From the IMG/VR virus record IMGVR_UViG_3300029258_005404: a stretch of 64,000 bases of DNA; one strand, written 5' to 3'. Of this stretch, positions 56,882-64,000 are shown piece after piece. The notes under the pieces are model-generated. The model ran no database searches. It saw only the letters and a program-made list of their open reading frames with translations, and was not told where the DNA came from. Each line of letters starts with the position of its first letter. The first letter of the stretch is position 1. A program made the translations under genes and the position numbers. The DNA is from a virus.

Positions 56882-56905
56882 GTTTAGAAAGGAACTCGTG
56901 ACTTA

Positions 56906-57304
56906 ATGGGAGCAATGTTAAAAATAGTAGCATTGATTAATGGTAAGACAAGCGAATGCAGTGTTGAATTAGATTGTGTTGACATTGTTCAGTGTAATTA
57001 TCACAAAGATTCAGATGATATTATTGAAGTCGGCCGAAGAGGTAAATTAATTATCGATACCACTTCATCAAATAGGATATCGATTGACACAGGAGTTCAG
57101 GGAAAAATTCTGTGTATACTGGCTGATACAAAACTCGAGGCACCAATATATTATAAAGGTATTGATGGTGTTCTCAAAATGTATACTGGCTGGAAGCTAT
57201 ATTCCAGAAGCAAAGAAAATTTCCTGCAGTATATACTTGGAAAAGGGGGATTTGTGCCATCAAAACAAAATGATGACACTGATAATAAATCGGAAAAATC
57301 ATAA
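56906..57304 (+). CDS. Hypothetical protein
   Basis: 132 aa, bounded by terminators. Confidence 0.55.
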   Translation: MGAMLKIVALINGKTSECSVELDCVDIVQCNYHKDSDDIIEVGRRGKLIIDTTSSNRISIDTGVQGKILCILADTKLEAPIYYKGIDGVLKMYTGWKLYSRSKENFLQYILGKGGFVPSKQNDDTDNKSEKS

Positions 57305-57329
57305 TGGGGCCGATTGGCCCCATTGTTTT
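57303..57329 (+). terminator. Intrinsic terminator
   Basis: AATGGGGCC-GATT-GGCCCCATT followed by GTTTT. Confidence 0.7.
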
Positions 57330-57429
57330 AGCTATGAGCAATTTTTTTAGCTATAACGCACATGCCCGATCAAGAGACCGGACAAGGCGGGTCTCCGAGC
57401 GAGGGTTAGGGTGGCTCTTACCCGGCGAC

Positions 57430-59529
57430 CTAAACTGGAGAATTTGGAGAAACTGGCGGTCTTGATTCCGGCAATTGTTTGTTATACTGTTTTTTATTAA
57501 ATGATTGATTTGCAGTAACCGGATCTGCCCCCATTTCTGTAGGGGTCGGTGGTGTTTCTGCACCAATATCACCTTGGCTATATACTGGAAATTCACCAGG
57601 GGTCATTTTTTGAGCAAGTTGTTTATCTGGATTAATATCAGCTTCAATAATATTTAATTCTTTAAGATTATTATATACCTCTTGATAAAGAGATGGCGTT
57701 GAATTTTTCATTATAAGCATGCGCATTTTAAATTCATCAGGATTTGTTTTTGCTGCAATTGCAAACCTCTGAGTAAGCATAAGGATAAGGTTTGGCACAG
57801 GTATAGTTAACGGATCGAGGCCACTTCTTGCTGCTGCAATTGCAACCTCTTCAGCAATTGTATCTGCATTTTCCTCATGCATTTGAGTATCAAGCTCTTC
57901 TTTTTTACCCTGAGATTCTCTATCATGAACCTCAAGGCGATCAGCATTTGCAGCTTGCGCGTCAGCTTGATACATTGCATTAACAACAGATGCAGAACCT
58001 TGAGCAGTTGCTTCGCCCTCCATCTCTTCTATCATCAATTCAATATTTTTCTTCAATTCTTTCAATTTAAGTTCGTATTCTTGTTCAGGATCAAAACCAA
58101 GCTCTTTTGTAACTGTTGTTTTTGACATAAGAGTTTTTGATGCCGACCCGAGGGCTGCATTAACAATAAGTTGTTTTTTCTGCATATCATCAGCCATTTT
58201 GAAATCAGCCATTCTAATATCTATTTCAGGCATATCAAGGTATCTGGAAACATTTTCAACTACAAATTCGAGATATTCATGCATATCATTGCGATGATTA
58301 ATAAATGTATTTTCAACAACTCGGAGAGAAACATTGCTACCTGACCACGACGCTCCACCACGAATAATTTCAGGAATAATACCTATCCCTGTTATTATTG
58401 TATCCTCTGTCGCTTTTAATTCTGGAGTAATAGAAAGAACTTTTGCGTCACCACTAAAATTAATTTGCCCTATTGGTAAAGGAACAACAGAAATATAATT
58501 AGGGTCAGCTTTCCATTTTCTTATCTCATCTTCAATTTTTGTTCTCCATCCTGAAAGATTAACTGTGGCATGTGGACTGATATCACCTGTCCCTTGTGGA
58601 AAAAGAAGTCTTAAAGGAACAATATGATCAAAGGCAATCATTTCATTTCCTTTTTTCAAAATCTTCGTATGAAAGATATCTTTCATAACAGGCATAATTG
58701 CAGGAATTCCCCATCCACGTTCTGACGATATAACATATTGTGGGCCAGATCTTTTTAAATGGAATACGTTATCAGCCATTAATTTTAATGGCTTTTTTTT
58801 CTTAACGGCCTCTATAACTTCAAGCCTGGTAGTACTGATAATATCAATATCGCCACGTTTAATTGCGACTTCCATCTGCGGAGGGATTTTATAAAAATAA
58901 AAATGATCACCACTAATAGTATTGTATTTAATATCAATGTATATCAAATCCCAATGGATAAGATTGAATTTATCTATTTCTTTTGTATTTCTATCACGAG
59001 CTTCGAGTCGTCCATCAGATTTACATTTGGGGCATTTTCCATAAAATTTATAATCTTTGAATTTATATTTTATTGAATCAGCTGCAAATCTATGATTACA
59101 TTGTTTACAAGTAAAAAATCTTTTAAATGGGTAATTTATGGATATAATTGCATTTCCGTAAGCATAATAATCCATTCCGGCTTGTTTCATAGATCTAATA
59201 ATTTTGAGCTTTTTTTCAAGTATTTTTTTCCATTTTTCAATAGTTTTATCATCCTTTATTTCAGAGTCTTTGTCTTCATTATAGATTAAATCTGTAATAG
59301 GATATTCTGATAATTTAGTTATACATTGTGAAACAAACCCATCACTGAGAACACATGCTGCTATATATCGAATAAGGGATTTAATACTTTTTGGTATAAA
59401 AGTGCTTGTCATGTCCATAAATGGACTATCATATTTTAACGAGCCCCTGGTAAATGCTATTTTAAGATTACTTCCACTATCAGCTCCGCCACCAGAAATA
59501 CCAGGACCAACTAATCCCTCATTTGCCAT
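57430..59529 (-). CDS. Portal protein
   Basis: 699 aa; portal-like pattern (VFHLKR, RGWGIP...KD, IITGIGI...I.GG); Zn-ribbon insertion CKQC...CPKC; acidic/Pro-rich tail. Confidence 0.75.
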   Translation of the reverse strand: MANEGLVGPGISGGGADSGSNLKIAFTRGSLKYDSPFMDMTSTFIPKSIKSLIRYIAACVLSDGFVSQCITKLSEYPITDLIYNEDKDSEIKDDKTIEKWKKILEKKLKIIRSMKQAGMDYYAYGNAIISINYPFKRFFTCKQCNHRFAADSIKYKFKDYKFYGKCPKCKSDGRLEARDRNTKEIDKFNLIHWDLIYIDIKYNTISGDHFYFYKIPPQMEVAIKRGDIDIISTTRLEVIEAVKKKKPLKLMADNVFHLKRSGPQYVISSERGWGIPAIMPVMKDIFHTKILKKGNEMIAFDHIVPLRLLFPQGTGDISPHATVNLSGWRTKIEDEIRKWKADPNYISVVPLPIGQINFSGDAKVLSITPELKATEDTIITGIGIIPEIIRGGASWSGSNVSLRVVENTFINHRNDMHEYLEFVVENVSRYLDMPEIDIRMADFKMADDMQKKQLIVNAALGSASKTLMSKTTVTKELGFDPEQEYELKLKELKKNIELMIEEMEGEATAQGSASVVNAMYQADAQAANADRLEVHDRESQGKKEELDTQMHEENADTIAEEVAIAAARSGLDPLTIPVPNLILMLTQRFAIAAKTNPDEFKMRMLIMKNSTPSLYQEVYNNLKELNIIEADINPDKQLAQKMTPGEFPVYSQGDIGAETPPTPTEMGADPVTANQSFNKKQYNKQLPESRPPVSPNSPV

Positions 59530-59637
59530 TTATAATTTTCCTTTAATATTGATTTATATTAGAAAGTGCGGCAGCTTTCTCTACCACTTTTAAACAAAAC
59601 TTATTAATAATATAGCACTCCATCATATAATTACAAT

Positions 59638-60303
59638 CTATCTTCTAAGAGCTCTCCATCCAGATCTTCTTTCGTCACCTATTTTTTTACCCTGCAAATA
59701 TTGTAAAATAGATGATCCTGCACCAAGCCCTGCAGAAGCACCTATTGCAGCTCCAGTATTTATTGTCTGTTTTTTTACCAGATCACGAAGTTCTGATATA
59801 CCTGCATTACCCTTGAGTCTTGGCAGCATGTTAAAAAAAGCCTTATTTTTAATTACTTGCCCGCCCCTTTTTAATCCAATAGCCTTATGTATATGCGTTG
59901 CTCCTTGTTGTGTTATTTTACCTGTTTTAAGCGATTTTGTAAGAGCTTGCGTCCCTTTTGCACCATGATAAAGTTGTTTGTAAGGAGAAATTGCCCCTGC
60001 GCCAAAACCTCTTATAGCACCAACAACTTTTCTTCTAAAACCGCCTGGTGTTTGTGCAAATCTTCGTATTCCGCCGACCGTCCCACTTACAGCTGATGGA
60101 ATTATTGTAGCACCACCTATAATGCCACCAACACTCCCTGATATTAAATGAGTTTTATGACGTTTAGCCCTTTGTGATAGGCCAAATGTGCTTGTGCCAG
60201 TTGGGTCAAAACCAGCTAAAAAAGATTTTGATATGGAAACAGGATCTTTAGCTATTTTTTGAAGTTCGTCTACAAAAGCTGCTTTATAAATATCGTTATT
60301 CAT
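59638..60303 (-). CDS. Gly-rich basic virion protein, AFxDELxKIA family
   Basis: N-terminal YKAAFVDELQKIAKD, nearly identical to the leader of 8477..9061. Confidence 0.65.
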   Translation of the reverse strand: MNNDIYKAAFVDELQKIAKDPVSISKSFLAGFDPTGTSTFGLSQRAKRHKTHLISGSVGGIIGGATIIPSAVSGTVGGIRRFAQTPGGFRRKVVGAIRGFGAGAISPYKQLYHGAKGTQALTKSLKTGKITQQGATHIHKAIGLKRGGQVIKNKAFFNMLPRLKGNAGISELRDLVKKQTINTGAAIGASAGLGAGSSILQYLQGKKIGDERRSGWRALRR

Positions 60304-60312
60304 ATTTATACC

Positions 60313-61044
60313 TTATTGGCTATAAACGAGTGCCGCTTTTTCAGTTTTAAGAATACGTTTTGTCTGAATATCAACAAAGCTTTCTGTTACAGACTGGTAT
60401 TTGCCATTATTAAATTTATTGTATCTTCTATAAATTTCAATCCAGTTTTCTGAATTAGATACCATCTCTTTCATTTTATCTTTTATAATTTTAATTAAAG
60501 AAGGTGGAGGTGTATAAATGCCTTCGTTAATTAAAATAATACATATATATTTAATTACATCATTACTAAAAAACGATTCCCTATCTGGTCTAATATAATT
60601 AAGCGCCTTTACAGCATTAATTATCATTCCCGGCGACGGGCTTCTTAAATATTCAAAATCGGCGATACTTCCTGAAAACGATAAAGCAATTTGATTAAAT
60701 TCATACCAGTCAGAAAAGGCTCCATCGCTTCGGCAAACATGCCTTATAGCCAGGATCTTATCACGATTGATATCTTCTAACGCTGTACCATATTTAATCC
60801 ACAGAAGCCTCTCAATGGTCTCTATTTCATATTCCCACCAATCTTGACCAAAAGCCCTATTTAGAAAATCATATATTTTAATAACAGATGATTTTTCATC
60901 ATTAAGTAATGTATTTATCTTTGTCGGTGTAACAGGCTCATTACGAGCAATTTTAGTTTGCTCGATTTCATTTTTAATACGCTCTACCTCATTTGGTTTA
61001 TTAAATAGGTAGGCTTCATAGAGCTGTTGTGATAACTTTTCCAC
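60313..61044 (-). CDS. Hypothetical structural-module protein
   Basis: 243 aa ORF near the portal gene. Confidence 0.6.
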   Translation of the reverse strand: MEKLSQQLYEAYLFNKPNEVERIKNEIEQTKIARNEPVTPTKINTLLNDEKSSVIKIYDFLNRAFGQDWWEYEIETIERLLWIKYGTALEDINRDKILAIRHVCRSDGAFSDWYEFNQIALSFSGSIADFEYLRSPSPGMIINAVKALNYIRPDRESFFSNDVIKYICIILINEGIYTPPPSLIKIIKDKMKEMVSNSENWIEIYRRYNKFNNGKYQSVTESFVDIQTKRILKTEKAALVYSQ

Positions 61045-61174
61045 TATTTGATTTTCTCTGTTTCATTTTTTTATCTATAAAACTTTTTAAACAAAATAAA
61101 TTACAATTTGGCAATTTTTCTTTTTTAAATAATGCTTTAATAGATTTAATAATCCACGAAAAAGTCATTTTTTT

Positions 61175-61801
61175 TTATTCATCTTTTATTATAGTATTAT
61201 ATGATTTATTTATTATTTCTGGTAGAGATTCCCACCAATTATTCCATTTTTTATTACCTTTCCATATTTTACCAGCAACACATATACGAGGCCTCCCATT
61301 AAATCCAATATCTGATTTTGCATATATATTAGGTTCTTTTTGAAGTTCATTTACTATTTTTTTATGCAATTTATCATATTGTGGTGGCATTCTAAAAACA
61401 ATAGCCGCTGGTCTTTCGGGCCCCTTACCCTCTTCAGAAGATCTTATTTCTACTGGGAGTTTATTTAACCTGTCTAACCATTTATTTTTTAAACCTTTAT
61501 CGACAAAAATTCCTTTCCATTTTTTCTTAGGCTCATTTGTTCTACCCATTAAAAATTTATCAGGATTTTTTCCATAAACAGTTTGATAAGCAAGGGTTGG
61601 AGAATTAACTTTTCCAGTAACACCAGCCACAATCATTTGATCACTTCTGCTTAAAGGGGCATTATTTTTGATTTTATTAAAATTTCTTAAATGACTTGCT
61701 CCCATTAATCCGGATCCAAGCAAAAAACTCGAAAGAACAGAAGTTAATGGCTTTTTTGAAACTGTCTCCCGAAAACTTTGTAATATTTTTCTATTTAGCA
61801 T
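61175..61801 (-). CDS. Hypothetical basic protein with N-terminal hydrophobic segment
   Basis: 208 aa ORF. Confidence 0.55.
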   Translation of the reverse strand: MLNRKILQSFRETVSKKPLTSVLSSFLLGSGLMGASHLRNFNKIKNNAPLSRSDQMIVAGVTGKVNSPTLAYQTVYGKNPDKFLMGRTNEPKKKWKGIFVDKGLKNKWLDRLNKLPVEIRSSEEGKGPERPAAIVFRMPPQYDKLHKKIVNELQKEPNIYAKSDIGFNGRPRICVAGKIWKGNKKWNNWWESLPEIINKSYNTIIKDE

Positions 61802-61812
61802 TTTTTTTTATT

Positions 61813-62193
61813 TTATACCAATTGCTTTTTAATTTCATTATTAAATGCATTTTGGTAAATTTGCCTTAAATATTCAGATTTTTTTATCAATTCCGATTTT
61901 AAGGCTAATCCAGCACCTGTACGCTTGCCTCCACCAGGGCCAAGGCCAATTCCGTGCGGGCCAGTTCCATCCATTCTTCGTCCGATACCAGCGCCTAAAC
62001 CAATTCCACGACCAAGACCAATTCCTAATCCTCTTACAGGTCCAAATCCAAATTGGCTATGCTTTTTCATACTTTTACCTGTTTGGTAAACCTGCTTTGT
62101 TGAATCCTGGCAAATAGCAATTGCGCTGCCTTTTTCTTTACCTTGATCCATAACATGCTCAACGCATCGAGCTACACGAGTTCCTTTTGGCAT
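61813..62193 (-). CDS. Small protein with Gly-rich DGTGP (DUF5320-like) segment
   Basis: GRRMDGTGPHGIGLGPGGG; C-terminal YQNAFNNEIKK motif. Confidence 0.6.
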   Translation of the reverse strand: MPKGTRVARCVEHVMDQGKEKGSAIAICQDSTKQVYQTGKSMKKHSQFGFGPVRGLGIGLGRGIGLGAGIGRRMDGTGPHGIGLGPGGGKRTGAGLALKSELIKKSEYLRQIYQNAFNNEIKKQLV

Positions 62194-62219
62194 ATTTAAA
62201 ACCTTTCGGAAAAAAAAGA

Positions 62220-63050
62220 TTATTTTTTACCTTGCATCTTAGTACCACACTTGGGGCAATCTTTTTCGGCGCATGGGGTTCCACGATTATGTTCTTCCTC
62301 GTGCCCGCATGATGGACATACACATTTTCCGGCCCCTCCAACCATTTGCCTCGGACCGCCAACACCCTTTCCTTCACCAAGTTTTGCAATTTTTTCAATA
62401 AAAAGGCGTTTTTCTGGGGCTGACATATTCTTCACCGTATCAACAGGATGTCTTTTAAAATTATCAGAAACATCCTGAGTGAATGTTGCAGCGATTTTTT
62501 CAAGCACATCTTTCTTTCTCGACATTTTAATCAAGTCATAATTCGTCTTATCACCTGCAACTTTTTCGGCATCGTATTCCGGGCGTATTAAACTCCCAAA
62601 TACAGTTAAAACCGGGTCAACAATATCATTATCGTATCGATATTCAAAATTAGCCAACTTGTCAAAAGCCTCGAGGGCTTTAACAATTGCTATACCTGGC
62701 GTTTCTTCCGAAAGATTAGCCACCTTCTCAAGTAATGGTAGTGCGTCCATTTCTTGACCACCAATGGTAACTTTGATATTTTCTTTTAAACAGGCATCTT
62801 TTCTCAGCTGCATATTACGAACAAAATCTGGCGAAATTGCAGCATCCTTTTTAAGCATGCGCGCATAGTTCGTAATCCAATTACGATCTACATCTACACC
62901 AAGAGCATCAGCTCGTTTTTCTATATTGGTCGCTATTGCCGCTCGGTCCATTGGATTAAACCGAGTGAGATATTTATCAAAATAGGCAACAGCTGTCTTT
63001 ATATGCTCTTCAGTTTCAATTGGATATTTACCCTTTAATGCGAAATGCAT
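62220..63050 (-). CDS. Protein with YPI..H..A N-terminal domain, KxA motifs and C-terminal double Zn-ribbon
   Basis: KYPIETEEHIKTA; C-terminal CVCPSCG...H.RGTPC....CPKCG. Confidence 0.65.
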   Translation of the reverse strand: MHFALKGKYPIETEEHIKTAVAYFDKYLTRFNPMDRAAIATNIEKRADALGVDVDRNWITNYARMLKKDAAISPDFVRNMQLRKDACLKENIKVTIGGQEMDALPLLEKVANLSEETPGIAIVKALEAFDKLANFEYRYDNDIVDPVLTVFGSLIRPEYDAEKVAGDKTNYDLIKMSRKKDVLEKIAATFTQDVSDNFKRHPVDTVKNMSAPEKRLFIEKIAKLGEGKGVGGPRQMVGGAGKCVCPSCGHEEEHNRGTPCAEKDCPKCGTKMQGKK

Positions 63051-63069
63051 AATACACTCCTATTTTAAA

Positions 63070-63936
63070 TTATGCGGTACCAATAAAAATACCGTTTTTA
63101 AATTTCAAATCTATTGTCCCAGTCCCGGCGGCGTCACGCACTGTAAGAGCCAAATTTGTAGCTCCTTCACCCTCGGTCGTAAATATTTTTCCACCAGATT
63201 CAATTTTTAAATCACCATAGACTTTATAATCATATCCTGTGCTAAAATTTATATCTCCACCAGAAAAATCTACAGTTCCAAAAAATGTAGAGTTGCCATT
63301 TACATCTAAACCAGAAACTCTATATTTTCCATTTGGAGTATTTGGACCAAGTCCTCGTGATGTAGAGTTATTTACAGCTACTATATCAGCCCCCAGAACA
63401 TCAACACTTCCTATATATATAAGATCAGAATTTCCTGAAATTATAGTTGGACTTATTGTTAAAATATCTCCAACAAAACTTTGAACAGAATCTTTTTTTG
63501 AAGCGGCAAAATCATCATATACTATATCTTGCGTACCGGCCTTTCCAATAAATCCTGTTTTTTTTCCGTCTTCGTAAACATCTCCATCAATTGCAGCCAT
63601 TTTATGACGAATATATACATATTTTGTGCCATCAGCACTATCTACATTTGAAGTAATATTTGTTGATATAAGAACTATATCACCATTTGGAGTAAATCCA
63701 TGGCCGGCAGATATGGAAATGGATAAAGATGCAGTCTTTGATATCCACATTCCTCTCATTGGCCGGCCCGGTTCGTTACCAACAATAGCTGCCGCTATAC
63801 GTCTCAAATTATCAAGCATTGCGGCTTGAACAGACCATGGAGTAAGCCCAGGAACACCATCCTCTGTACCAGAATCACTCCCAATAATTTCATTCATCCT
63901 CTGTTTAAGTCCGAACCGTATATTTACTCTTTTCAT
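63070..63936 (-). CDS. Putative tail/baseplate-associated structural protein
   Basis: 288 aa, Gly/Asp/Thr-rich beta pattern; C-terminal LKFKNGIFIG resembles tail-fibre-type ends. Confidence 0.45.
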   Translation of the reverse strand: MKRVNIRFGLKQRMNEIIGSDSGTEDGVPGLTPWSVQAAMLDNLRRIAAAIVGNEPGRPMRGMWISKTASLSISISAGHGFTPNGDIVLISTNITSNVDSADGTKYVYIRHKMAAIDGDVYEDGKKTGFIGKAGTQDIVYDDFAASKKDSVQSFVGDILTISPTIISGNSDLIYIGSVDVLGADIVAVNNSTSRGLGPNTPNGKYRVSGLDVNGNSTFFGTVDFSGGDINFSTGYDYKVYGDLKIESGGKIFTTEGEGATNLALTVRDAAGTGTIDLKFKNGIFIGTA

Positions 63937-64000
63937 ATTATACTCCGGCTAATCTTTATTAGCGGTTGATCCTGCAATATCTACATTAGCAGGTACATTT

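Noticed and set aside
292-64000. Many short ORFs antisense to or nested in long genes (e.g. 2366..2794, 7508..7894, 27476..27784, 36083..36505, 52338..52763)
   Set aside because: Shadow frames of well-supported genes, with no SD or motifs.

Overview
This is a 64 kb slice of a large, AT-rich tailed phage (Caudoviricetes) genome read in standard code 11, with Shine-Dalgarno sites. Virion and late genes lie mostly on the minus strand: head-tail proteins, major capsid, scaffold-like proteins, prohead protease, terminase, baseplate spike, portal, and a single-chain fused beta/beta-prime RNA polymerase of 2115 aa with no cysteine. Replication and accessory genes lie mostly on the plus strand: primase-MCM helicase, SSB-like protein, SNF2 helicase and several nucleases. 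The main finding is an apparent multiplexed retron-like system. A DHH phosphoesterase / retron-type reverse transcriptase / RNase H operon (17166-20024) is flanked on each side by an msr-msd-like structured RNA. About 22 kb away lies a tandem array of five more such units (41613-42803). All five array units share one architecture: a closing inverted repeat, an unpaired G, a 7-bp hairpin with a G-NTT-C loop, a long variable hairpin, and WTAG before the closing arm. Other notable elements are an anticodon-less tRNA-like RNA with its own promoter and a complete ubiquitin-like conjugation cassette (two E2-like genes, a JAB protease, an E1/ThiF enzyme and a tandem di-Ubl). All calls come from motif reading and manual base-pairing; no database search or folding program was run.
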